64,000 nt of DNA from a plasmid. Below the pieces are notes generated by a model. It searched no databases, had not been told where the DNA came from, and saw only the letters and a program-made list of their open reading frames with translations. Shown here piece after piece: positions 10,736-19,711 of the stretch. A program made the position numbers and the translations under genes. Each line of letters opens with the position of its first letter. The stretch's first letter is position 1. The stretch lies in the sequence record OW967251.1, one strand, 5' to 3'.

Positions 10736-11281
10736 ATGAGTGATGTAACGGCATTCAACAACTGCATGAGCGTGTTCTGGCAACAGCATGAAGCAGAGCT
10801 CTCCCGTTTTCTGGCATCAAGGACAGGCGATCGGGAGCAGGCAGCCGATCTGCTTCAGGAAGTCTTCCTGCGCGCCCGGGCCTGTGCAGACCGCTTCTGT
10901 GAAATGGAGAACCCGCGGGCCTGGCTGTACCGGACGGCGAGGAATCTGCTGACGGATGAGTACCGTGCCGCCAGAGACGTCGTGGTGCTGGAAGACGAGA
11001 TCCCGCTGCCTGACGCCTTCCATGAGGCGGTTTCAACGCTGGAGATTTGCCTGCCTGAAACCCTGCAGGCCTTACCTGACGAGGAAAGATGGCTGATAGA
11101 AGAGGCCGATCTGAACCGGCGTCCCCAGCAGCGCCTGGCCGACGAGCTGGGGATCACGCTGACGGCGTTTAAGTCGCGCCTGCTTCGCGCCCGGAAACAT
11201 CTGAAGAAGACGATGACGGAACTCTGCCAGGTGGAAGTGGATGATGCGTCTTCCGTCTGCTGCCATAAAAAAATGGATTAA
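10736..11281 (+). CDS. ECF (sigma-70 family, group IV) sigma factor with a short Cys-containing C-terminal tail
   Basis: Sigma region 2 (DLLQEVFLRA...WLYRTARNLLTDEYR) and region 4 (LPDEERWLIEEADLNRRPQQRLADELGITLTAFKSRLLRARKHL) are recognisable. C-terminal tail is ...CQVEVDDASSVCCHKKMD. No adjacent anti-sigma ORF. Confidence 0.7.
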   Translation: MSDVTAFNNCMSVFWQQHEAELSRFLASRTGDREQAADLLQEVFLRARACADRFCEMENPRAWLYRTARNLLTDEYRAARDVVVLEDEIPLPDAFHEAVSTLEICLPETLQALPDEERWLIEEADLNRRPQQRLADELGITLTAFKSRLLRARKHLKKTMTELCQVEVDDASSVCCHKKMD

Positions 11282-11356
11282 CCGCGCATCTTTTTCCCGC
11301 CTCACTCGTTTACCTCAGTGTAAAGCCCCATCATTCAACACTGAGGTAAACAGTCC

Positions 11357-11719
11357 ATGTCAAAAATTGAGATCTTTGAAGCCGCAGGCTGCTGTGCGAC
11401 CAGCAGCGTCGTGGTCAGCGATGAAGCCGTCAAATGGAACGCCAGCGCCGAATGGGCGAAAAAGCATGGTGTGAATATTCAGCGTTACAGCCTGGCAAAG
11501 AACCCGCAGCAGTTCCTGAATACGCCCGTCATCAGGGCCTTCCTGAACACGTCAGGAATGGAGTCCCTTCCCGCTACCCTGCTTGACGGCCAGCTGGTGA
11601 TGGCGGGCAAGCTCCCGTCCCGGGAAGATATCGCCCGCTGGGCCGGTATTTCCCTCACGCAGGACTGGAATGAAGACAGCACGCAGCCGCGCTGCTGCAG
11701 CATTCCCCGTATGCCTTAA
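11357..11719 (+). CDS. arsD: ArsD-like arsenic metallochaperone/repressor, divergent
   Basis: Aligns with the canonical ArsD at 17729 (FEAAGCCATSS vs FDPAMCCSTGVC; LPATLLDGQLVMAGKLPSREDIARW vs LPLLLLDGETVMAGRYPKRAELARW). The third Cys (Cys18) is missing. Confidence 0.65.
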   Translation: MSKIEIFEAAGCCATSSVVVSDEAVKWNASAEWAKKHGVNIQRYSLAKNPQQFLNTPVIRAFLNTSGMESLPATLLDGQLVMAGKLPSREDIARWAGISLTQDWNEDSTQPRCCSIPRMP

Positions 11720-11737
11720 TCCCGGAGGAGCTCAACA

Positions 11738-13494
11738 ATGACGATGCCATTTTTACAGAATATCCCCCCGTTTATCTTCTTCACCGGCAAAGGCGGCGTG
11801 GGGAAAACCTCTCTGGCCTGCGCGACGGCGGTATGGCTGGCTGACCAGGGCCGGAGAACGCTTCTGGTCAGTACCGATCCGGCCTCCAATGTCGGTCAGG
11901 TCTTCAGCCAGACTGTGGGCCACCGGATCACTGGTATCCGCACCGTGGAAAACCTTGCGGCAATGGAAGTTGACCCGATGGCGGCCGCGCAGGCTTACCG
12001 CGATCGCGTGCTCGATCCTGTTCGTGAACTGATGCCTGCCGATGTCATCAGCAACATTGAAGAACAGCTTTCCGGTTCATGTACCACGGAGATCGCGGCG
12101 TTTGATGAATTTACCGCGCTGCTGACCAGTCATGAACTGCGCGAAAAATATGATCATATCGTCTTTGATACTGCACCAACCGGACACACCATCCGTATGC
12201 TTGAGCTGCCGGGCGCCTGGAGCGGGTACCTCGATGCACATCCTGATGCTGCGGCGAACCTCGGCCCTCTGGTGGGGCTGGAGAAACAACAGGACCAGTA
12301 CGCTGACGCAGTGAAAGCCCTCTCTGATACGGCACTCACGCGACTGGTTCTGGTTGCCCGCGCACAGGCGTCGACCCTGAAAGAGGTCTCCCATACCCAC
12401 GAGGAGCTGTCGGCTATCGGTCTGCAGCATCAGCACCTTGCCATCAATGGCGTGCTGCCTCCCTTTGCCGGTGAACAGGATCCGCTGGCGCACAGTATTC
12501 TGGCGCGGGAGGAACGGGCCTTACGGGCCATGCCTGAAAACCTCGCGCATCTTCCCCGGTCGATGCTGTATCTGAAGCCTTTTAATCTGGTTGGTCTGGA
12601 AGCCCTGAGGGCGCTGTTTACAGAGAGCACACTTGTTCTGCCGGATCCGGGAGCCACGCTCACGACGGTCGATTTACCGGAGCTTGCCTCCCTGGTGGAG
12701 GACCTCAGCCGAGCGGGAAAAGGGCTGGTCATGACGATGGGAAAAGGGGGCGTGGGGAAAACCACGGTGGCGGCTGCGGTCGCGGTCTCGCTGGCCAGAC
12801 GCGGTCATAAAGTCCACCTGACCACCTCCGATCCGGCAGCCACCTGTCTTACACCCTGGATGGCTCGCTGCCAGGCCTTCAGGTCAGCCGTATCGATCCA
12901 AAAGCAGAGACTGAGCGCTATCGTCGCTTTGTGCTGGAAAATCAGGGAAAAGGTCTGGATGAAGAGGGACTGGCGGTACTGGAGGAAGATCTCCGTTCCC
13001 CCTGCACCGAAGAGATTGCCGTGTTTCAGGCATTCTCCCGGATCATCAAAGAGGCCAACGACCATTTTGTCATTATAGACACTGCGCCCACCGGGCATAC
13101 GCTGCTGTTGCTGGATGCAACCGGGGCCTATCACCGGGAAATGGTGCGCCAGATGGGGCAGGCTCACGATCACGTGATAACGCCAATGATGCAGCTGCAG
13201 GATCCGGAGAAGACCAGAGTCATTATCGTGACGCTTGCCGAAACCACGCCGGTACTGGAAGCGGCCGGGCTGCAGCAGGACTTACGCCGGGCCGGGATTG
13301 AACCCTGGGCGTGGGTCATCAATAACAGCCTCGCGGCCGCGAAGCCGTCCTCCCCGTTCCTGGTCACCCGTGCCCGTCGCGAACTGCCGCTGATCGACGA
13401 CGTTGCCGGGCATTATGCACAGCGCATTGCCCTGACGCCACTGCTGAAGGACGACCCGGTAGGCGTGGACCTGCTGGCTGAAATGGCGGGCTGA
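11738..13494 (+). pseudogene. arsA: arsenite-stimulated ATPase ArsA with a frameshift near 12841
   Basis: Two Walker A motifs (GKGGVGKTS, GKGGVGKTT) and DTAPTGHT signature motifs. Reading frame switches at GATCCGGCAGCCACCTG; one extra C would restore ...DPAAHLSYTLDGSL..., matching the intact ArsA at 15960. Split into ORFs 11738..13078 and 12931..13494. Confidence 0.75.
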
Positions 13495-13615
13495 CAGGTG
13501 GGGCGACGCCCTACCTCCACTTAAAACATTTCCTTATACAGGTCATAAGATGAAGCGCTTAATCTGCCGTCGCGAATTCCGGTAGTGTGTCAGTCAACGT
13601 CACAGGAGTCATACA

Positions 13616-14152
13616 ATGCACATTATCAATGCTGAAGAGCAGCACATTCCCGCCATACGGCGCATTTACGCCCATCATGTCCTGCACGGCACAGGCAGCT
13701 TCGAGACGGAACCCCCGGACACGCAGGAAATGCTTGCCCGGGTGAAAAATGTTCAGTCACGTGGATTTCCCTGGTATATCGCCCTGCAGGGGGAGACGGT
13801 CATCGGCTACTGTTATCTCTCCCGCTACCGCGAACGCCATGCCTACCGGTTTACGGTTGAAAATTCGGTGTACATCGATCCGGCTTATCAGCGGCAGGGG
13901 GGCGGAAAAGCCTTACTCGATCATGCCTTAACATGGGCCCGGTCTCAGGGATACCGCCAGATGATAGCGGTTGTGGGGGACAGTGCGAACGTCGCGTCTG
14001 TAGCGCTGCATCTTCGCGCCGGATTTACTGAAATCGGCACGCTGAAGGACATCGGTTTCAAGCATGGCCGCTGGCTGGACACGGTGTTGCTGCAGCGTCA
14101 GCTGGGAAAAGGGAGCTGTACGCTGCCGGACAGTCCGGTACCCGGACGCTGA
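13616..14152 (+). CDS. GNAT N-acetyltransferase, ArsN1/phosphinothricin-acetyltransferase-like
   Basis: 178 aa. PAT-family motifs (RHAYRFTVENSVYIDP, QRQGGGKALL) match the paralogue at 8862. Position at the end of the ars operon is typical for arsN1. Confidence 0.6.
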   Translation: MHIINAEEQHIPAIRRIYAHHVLHGTGSFETEPPDTQEMLARVKNVQSRGFPWYIALQGETVIGYCYLSRYRERHAYRFTVENSVYIDPAYQRQGGGKALLDHALTWARSQGYRQMIAVVGDSANVASVALHLRAGFTEIGTLKDIGFKHGRWLDTVLLQRQLGKGSCTLPDSPVPGR

Positions 14153-14159
14153 GGCAGGA

Positions 14160-14182
14160 GAAAGGGGGCATCGCCCCCTTTC
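14160..14182. terminator. bidirectional terminator between the two convergent ars clusters
   Basis: AAAGGGGGCATCGCCCCCTTTC perfect hairpin. Confidence 0.5.
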
Positions 14183-14184
14183 GG

Positions 14185-14610
14185 TTATTTCAGCCGTTTC
14201 CCTGCCTCATCTACTACTTTCTCGCCGTCTTCCTTAGCAAATGCGCCTTTTTGCGCATCCGGAAGAATATCCAGTACCACTTCGGAAGGGCGGCACAGAC
14301 GCGTTCCCAACGGTGTCACCACAATCGGACGGTTAATCAGGATCGGATGCTGAAGCATAAAATCGATTAACTGATCGTCAGTAAACTTATCTTCCTCAAG
14401 CCCCAGTTCTTCATAAGGCTCGACGTTTTTGCGCAGCAAAGCCCGGACTGAAATGCCCATATCTGCAATGAGTTTGACCAGCTCATCGCGTGACGGTGGA
14501 TTTTCAAGGTAATGAATAACGGTCGGTTCATTACCACTGTTGCGGATCATCTCCAGCGTATTACGCGACGTGCCGCAGGCCGGGTTGTGATAAATGGTGA
14601 TGTTGCTCAT
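14185..14610 (-). CDS. arsC: arsenate reductase ArsC (glutaredoxin-coupled, R773 type)
   Basis: MSNITIYHNPACGTSRNTL N-terminus with catalytic Cys12. 141 aa. Confidence 0.9.
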   Translation of the reverse strand: MSNITIYHNPACGTSRNTLEMIRNSGNEPTVIHYLENPPSRDELVKLIADMGISVRALLRKNVEPYEELGLEEDKFTDDQLIDFMLQHPILINRPIVVTPLGTRLCRPSEVVLDILPDAQKGAFAKEDGEKVVDEAGKRLK

Positions 14611-14622
14611 ATCAGTATCTCA

Positions 14623-15912
14623 TTACAAAGTGAAAGAGAGACGTAGCGCCAGCGCTGCCAGCGTTACAAACAGCACAGGCAGAGTCATGACGATCCCGGT
14701 GCGGAAATAGTATCCCCAGGTGATGGTCATATTCTTCTGTGAAAGGACATGCAGCCAGAGCAGCGTTGCCAGGCTACCAATAGGTGTAATTTTAGGTCCC
14801 AGATCGCAGCCAATCACGTTGGCGTAGATCATCGCTTCTTTGATAACGCCTGTTGCGGTGCTTCCATCGATAGAAAGAGCGCCAACCAGCACGGTAGGCA
14901 TGTTGTTCATGATGGAAGACAGGAAAGCCGTCAGGAAGCCAGTACCCAGCGTTGCAGCCCAGAGTCCTTTATCCGCAAGTACATTCAGCACACCTGAAAG
15001 GTATTCGGTTAGCCCGGCGTTGCGCAGACCGTAGACCACCAGGTACATCCCCAATGAGAAGATGACGATCTGCCATGGCGCACCGCGCAGCACTTTGCCA
15101 GTTTTAATGGCATGGCCTCGTTTAGCTACTGCAAACAGGATCACAGCTCCAACAGCCGCAATCGCGCTAACGGGAATACCAAGCGGCTCAAGGACAAAGA
15201 ACCCAACCAGCAGAAGTATTAAAACTATCCAGCCGGTTCTGAAGGTTGCCAGATCTTTAATCGCTTTTGCCGGTGCTTTCAGAAGAGCCAGGTCGTAAGT
15301 CGGTGGGATATCCTTGCGGAAGAACAAATGCAGCATAACCAACGTGGCAACAATGGCTGCAATATCCACCGGCACCATTACCGACGCATACTCGGTGAAG
15401 CCCAGTCCAAAGAAGTCTGCAGAAACGATGTTAACCAGGTTGGACACGATAAGCGGCAGGCTGGCTGTATCGGCAATAAACCCGGCAGCCATGACGAATG
15501 CCAGTGTCGTGCCTTTGCTGAACCCTAATGCCAGCAGCATGGCGATGACTATCGGCGTCAGAATAAGTGCCGCACCATCGTTGGCAAACAGTGCCGCCAC
15601 CGCTGCACCAAGCAGAACGATATACGTAAAGAGCAAACGGCCACGACCGTTACCCCAGCGCGAAACATGCAATGCCGCCCATTCGAAAAAGCCGGACTCA
15701 TCAAGCAGCAGGCTGATAATAATCACGGCAATAAAGGTCGCCGTCGCGTTCCAGACGATATTCCACACCACCGGAATATCGCCCACATGCACAACGCCAG
15801 ATATCAGAGCCAGTCCCGCGCCCAGCATTGCACTCCAGCCGATCCCTAATCCCTTTGGTTGCCAGATAACCAAAACAATGGTCAGGACAAAAATAGCGCC
15901 TGCCAGTAACAT
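14623..15912 (-). CDS. arsB: arsenite efflux permease ArsB
   Basis: 429 aa polytopic membrane protein with ArsB-family sequence. Sits between arsA and arsC. Confidence 0.9.
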   Translation of the reverse strand: MLLAGAIFVLTIVLVIWQPKGLGIGWSAMLGAGLALISGVVHVGDIPVVWNIVWNATATFIAVIIISLLLDESGFFEWAALHVSRWGNGRGRLLFTYIVLLGAAVAALFANDGAALILTPIVIAMLLALGFSKGTTLAFVMAAGFIADTASLPLIVSNLVNIVSADFFGLGFTEYASVMVPVDIAAIVATLVMLHLFFRKDIPPTYDLALLKAPAKAIKDLATFRTGWIVLILLLVGFFVLEPLGIPVSAIAAVGAVILFAVAKRGHAIKTGKVLRGAPWQIVIFSLGMYLVVYGLRNAGLTEYLSGVLNVLADKGLWAATLGTGFLTAFLSSIMNNMPTVLVGALSIDGSTATGVIKEAMIYANVIGCDLGPKITPIGSLATLLWLHVLSQKNMTITWGYYFRTGIVMTLPVLFVTLAALALRLSFTL

Positions 15913-15959
15913 AAAACCTCCTGACAGGGCGACTTTGTCGCCCTGTAGATGTCAAAAAA

Positions 15960-17711
15960 TTAACTCATCAACTCTCTGAGCTTTTCAATACCGGCGGGCT
16001 CTGACGCCAGCACCGGAACAAGCGCTATACGGTCAGCATGCTGATTCTTAACAGCCTCAATCTGAGGCAGTTCCTGTTGAGCACGCTGACAAAGCAACGG
16101 AGAACGCGTATCCGCAATGGAAAGGCTGTTATTGATAATCCAGCCCCACGGATGAATCCCCGCTCTTTCAAGGTCAGCCTGCAGGTTTGCCGCTTCCAGC
16201 ACCGGTGTGGTTTCAGGAAGCGTAACCAGCAGAACTTTGGTTCTATCCGGGTCCTGAAGCTGCATCATGGGGGTAGTAAAATGACCTTTACTCCCCATTT
16301 TTTTGGCAATCTCTCGGTGATAAGCCCCGGTCGCATCCAGCAACAGCAGCGTGTGTCCGGTAGGGGCGGTATCCATGACAACAAAGCGCTTACCCGCTTC
16401 ACGAATCACACGGGAGAAGGCCTGAAACACGGCAATTTCTTCAGTACAGGGAGAGCGTAAATCCTCTTCCAGTAACCGTTTCCCTGCTTCGTCCAGATCT
16501 CTTCCCTTCGTCTCAAGAACATGCTGGCGATAGCGTTCGGTTTCATCGTGAGGGTTGATGCGGCTGACCTGCAGGTTTTTGAGGCTGCCGTTCAGCGTTG
16601 TACTCAGGTGCGCAGCAGGATCAGAGGTCGTGAGATGCACGTCAAATCCCATGTCGGCCAGCCTGACGGCGATGGCGGCAGCCATCGTGGTTTTCCCTAC
16701 ACCACCTTTGCCCATCAGCATAATCAGGCCGTGTTCACTGCGAGCGATATCATCGACCAGGCCAGAGAGTGATAAGTTTTCAGGCGTGTACAGGATGTTC
16801 GTTACCGGGAGCGGTAATGCCTCAGAACGGGTAGCCAGCAGTCCCTTCAATGCTGAAACACCAACCATATTGACTGGCTGGAGTAACAGGGTATCTGTCG
16901 GTAGCTCAGATAAACCGGCAGGAAGATTTGCCAGTGCCTCCTGCTCACGTTGCCATATCGCCGCGGCCAGGGCGTCATGTTCAGCTTCGGCTTCAGGCAG
17001 CACACCATTAATCACCAGATATTGATTTTTCAGGCCAATCTCAGCCAGTTCCTCATGAGTGCGGGCGACTTCCTGCAGCGTAGAATTTTGCAGTCGTGCA
17101 ACCAGAACCAAGCGGGTACGTTCAGGGTCGGATAACGCCTCTACCGCATGAGCATACTGCTCACGCTGCTTTTCCAGCCCGGCCATCGGGCCAAGACAGG
17201 AGGCACCATCTGGATTGCTTTCAATAAAGCTACTCCAGGCACCAGGAAGCTGGAGAAGGCGAATCGTGTGGCCCGTCGGCGCGGTATCAAAAATGATGTG
17301 ATCGAAACGGGTCAGCAGGGAAGCGTCTGTCAATAAGCCGGTGAACTCATCAAACGCCGCAATCTCAGTGGTGCAGGCTCCTGAAAGCTGCTCGCTGATA
17401 CTGTTAACAACGTCATCAGGCAGAAGACCTTTGATAGGATCAACGATTCTGGCCCGATATTGCCGGGCGGCTTCCTGCGGGTCAATCTCCAGAGCAGAAA
17501 GCCCAGGAACTGCTGTCACAGGGCGAATCGTGTTACCGATAGCCAGATCGAATACCTGACCGACATTGGAGGCCGGGTCGGTACTGACCAGCAAAACCCG
17601 CTTACCCTGTTCGGCAAGGTGGATAGCCGTCGCGCAGGAAATGGAAGTTTTTCCTACACCACCCTTGCCAGTAAAAAACAGGTAAGGCGGGATATTCTGT
17701 AATAATTTCAT
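15960..17711 (-). CDS. arsA: arsenite-stimulated ATPase ArsA (intact)
   Basis: 583 aa from MKLLQNIPPY. Duplicated Walker A/DTAPTGHT halves and Cys113/Cys172/Cys422 equivalents. Confidence 0.9.
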   Translation of the reverse strand: MKLLQNIPPYLFFTGKGGVGKTSISCATAIHLAEQGKRVLLVSTDPASNVGQVFDLAIGNTIRPVTAVPGLSALEIDPQEAARQYRARIVDPIKGLLPDDVVNSISEQLSGACTTEIAAFDEFTGLLTDASLLTRFDHIIFDTAPTGHTIRLLQLPGAWSSFIESNPDGASCLGPMAGLEKQREQYAHAVEALSDPERTRLVLVARLQNSTLQEVARTHEELAEIGLKNQYLVINGVLPEAEAEHDALAAAIWQREQEALANLPAGLSELPTDTLLLQPVNMVGVSALKGLLATRSEALPLPVTNILYTPENLSLSGLVDDIARSEHGLIMLMGKGGVGKTTMAAAIAVRLADMGFDVHLTTSDPAAHLSTTLNGSLKNLQVSRINPHDETERYRQHVLETKGRDLDEAGKRLLEEDLRSPCTEEIAVFQAFSRVIREAGKRFVVMDTAPTGHTLLLLDATGAYHREIAKKMGSKGHFTTPMMQLQDPDRTKVLLVTLPETTPVLEAANLQADLERAGIHPWGWIINNSLSIADTRSPLLCQRAQQELPQIEAVKNQHADRIALVPVLASEPAGIEKLRELMS

Positions 17712-17728
17712 ATGTCCTCCTGACATAT

Positions 17729-18091
17729 TCAGCAACAGGAAGTATTACCACCACAGCAACTGGTGGGAGCTAACCCTACCTTCTCCAGCGGAATACCGAA
17801 CCAGCGAGCCAGCTCAGCGCGTTTTGGGTATCGCCCAGCCATCACCGTTTCGCCGTCCAGCAACAGCAGCGGAAGCCCTTCTGCGCCGGATGCATCGAGG
17901 AAGGCTTTCGCTTTCTCATTGTGAACAAAGCTCATGGGCTGCTGCGCCAGGTTGTAACGTTCAACCTGTACGCCACGTCCTTTCAGCCACTGCATATCAG
18001 CAGAAAAATCAACCAGAACCTGATCGACATCTGAACCACATACACCGGTACTGCAGCACATTGCCGGGTCAAACACCGTTAACGTCTTCAT
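17729..18091 (-). CDS. arsD: arsenic metallochaperone/repressor ArsD
   Basis: MKTLTVFDPAMCCSTGVCG ... C-terminal CCGGNTSCC. Canonical 120 aa ArsD. Confidence 0.9.
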   Translation of the reverse strand: MKTLTVFDPAMCCSTGVCGSDVDQVLVDFSADMQWLKGRGVQVERYNLAQQPMSFVHNEKAKAFLDASGAEGLPLLLLDGETVMAGRYPKRAELARWFGIPLEKVGLAPTSCCGGNTSCC

Positions 18092-18140
18092 TCTGAATAC
18101 CTCATACATTCGAAAAAACACATATGTTCAGGCAAATTTT

Positions 18141-18491
18141 TTAGATGCAAACAGCCTTACCGCTACCAGAGCAGTTTGCCGATGCCAGCTTACGGGCGAT
18201 GGCCTGTACGTCGTCCTGTTGGCTTAACCAGGCCTGCTCAATCACCTGAGCAGCCCAGGAAGGAATATGCGGGGATAAGCGATAATGAACCCATTTCCCC
18301 TGCTTGCGATCCAGCAATAGACCGCTTTCCCGGAGCATTGCCAGATGACGGGAGATCTTGGGCTGGGACTCATCCAGCGCCGTGCAGAAATCGCAGACGC
18401 ACAGTTCTCCCAGCTCCCTGAGCAGCAGGACAATACCCAGACGGGTTTCATCGGACAGGTTTTTGAAAAGCTTAAGGGCTGTAAGGGGCAT
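18141..18491 (-). CDS. arsR: ArsR repressor, R773 type
   Basis: MPLTALKLFKNLSDETRLGIVLLL...ELCVCDFCTAL arsenite-binding motif. Start chosen at MPLT rather than the upstream ATG of the ORF track. Confidence 0.85.
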   Translation of the reverse strand: MPLTALKLFKNLSDETRLGIVLLLRELGELCVCDFCTALDESQPKISRHLAMLRESGLLLDRKQGKWVHYRLSPHIPSWAAQVIEQAWLSQQDDVQAIARKLASANCSGSGKAVCI

Positions 18492-18690
18492 TATTCCTCC
18501 TGTTCGGTTGCGTAAAGCATACGCCCGAAGACAAAAAAAACAACCATATATTCGGAAAATCGAATGTGTGAAAGTGTCAGATGACGCTGTCACGCTGGTA
18601 TACGTCCATTACTTTCCGGGGAAAATACATGTGTGTTACAGAGATCCGACTTAGCCAGAAATCGGATCTGCGCGGCGGGAAACCGGTAAG

Positions 18691-18809
18691 TGATATGATA
18701 ATTAAGTCACACTCACAAAATCATACTTGATATGATATTTATCATTAACCGCATAATAATATCTGATATGATGTTTAAATGATGAATAACAAATCATATA
18801 TGATATGAT
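18691..18809. repeat. array of four TGATATGAT 9-mers at 36-37 bp spacing, three forming ATCATA-NN-TGATATGAT palindromes
   Basis: TGATATGAT occurs at 18691, 18728, 18764 and 18801. Copies 2 and 4 are preceded by AATCATA, giving inverted-repeat arms ATCATA/TATGAT; copy 3 has the degenerate AATAATATC. AT-rich context immediately upstream of the ORF at 18849. Confidence 0.6.
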
Positions 18810-18848
18810 TTATCTTCTTTAATCACATAATCAGACGGAGCGTGCAGG

Positions 18849-19118
18849 ATGGATGAGAAAGTATTCTTTCACCTGAGTTATGAAACCATGCTTGGCGACA
18901 CGGAAGATTTTATTAACGCGTGTCTTGAACGGGCAAACCGTGCGGACTGCAATGATGCCGATGCGGAGATTGCCCGGGCACGCAGCGCGATCGAACTCTG
19001 GTACCACCTGGCGATGGCGGGCCGTGCCCCGGAAGACGTCGCCGACAGGGACCATCTGCGCCTCACCGGAATGCTCCTGCGCGCTCCCACAGCAGAACAA
19101 CGTTCATGGCAGCAGTAA
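18849..19118 (+). CDS. hypothetical small acidic protein (89 aa)
   Basis: ORF with RBS-like GGAG 8 bp upstream. GC-rich. Overlaps the next ORF by 13 nt. Confidence 0.45.
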   Translation: MDEKVFFHLSYETMLGDTEDFINACLERANRADCNDADAEIARARSAIELWYHLAMAGRAPEDVADRDHLRLTGMLLRAPTAEQRSWQQ

Positions 19119-19681
19119 CAACCTCCCGCAGGCCGTCGCCGCTGCAGCGACGGGTACTGATTGTGCTGGCCGCCCTCGATGCGAAACGTCCGGGGCCGGT
19201 GGCGACGCGGGATATCGAGCGGGTGCTGGAGCAGGGCGGGGACGCCCCGGTGTACGGACCGAACCTGCGCGCCTCCTGCCGGCGCATGGAAGCCGCGGGC
19301 TGGCTGCGCACCCTGCGCGCGCCGAACCTGCAGCTGGCCGTCGAGCTGACGGAGGCCGGTCGCGGCATTGCAGAACCGCTCTTCCAGGCAGAACGCGAGG
19401 CTGAAACGGCACGACAACGACTGACCGACGTCCGGCGTCTGCCGTTACGCCAGACGGCTGCCGGTGACGCGGTGGAGCTGCAGCTGGGTGACGGCCATTA
19501 CACCATCAGGGAAGCGGCCTACGTGATCCGTCTGGACGGTACCACCTGCCTGCAGCTGACGGATGCCGGCGGCATACGCCGGATAAAAGAGGGCGATCCC
19601 CTGCAGGTGGCCAGCTGGTATCAGGCCTGTTTTGATGCAGGCCTGCCGGTCATCGTTCAGGTGAATGAGAGCCGGGACTGA
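19106..19681 (+). CDS. hypothetical protein with N-terminal winged-helix (MarR/PadR-like) region
   Basis: N-terminal LQRRVLIVLAAL...ATRDIERVLEQ...CRRMEAAGWLRTL resembles a wHTH. The C-terminal ~100 aa are unassigned. Translationally coupled to the upstream ORF. Confidence 0.45.
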   Translation: MAAVTTSRRPSPLQRRVLIVLAALDAKRPGPVATRDIERVLEQGGDAPVYGPNLRASCRRMEAAGWLRTLRAPNLQLAVELTEAGRGIAEPLFQAEREAETARQRLTDVRRLPLRQTAAGDAVELQLGDGHYTIREAAYVIRLDGTTCLQLTDAGGIRRIKEGDPLQVASWYQACFDAGLPVIVQVNESRD

Positions 19682-19711
19682 TCGCCACCACACAAGGAAC
19701 AGGAGCATAAA

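Noticed and set aside
15314-15979. 221-aa plus-strand ORF inside arsB
   Set aside because: Antisense to arsB. No start context and no domain.
16038-17702. Series of plus-strand ORFs (16038..16460, 16555..17025 and others) inside arsA
   Set aside because: Antisense to the intact minus-strand arsA.
18600-18850. Possible CRISPR-like array (short repeats at regular spacing)
   Set aside because: Only four 9-18 bp palindromic repeats with AT-rich, non-unique spacers and no cas genes. This is more consistent with a protein-binding operator or iteron array and was reported as such.
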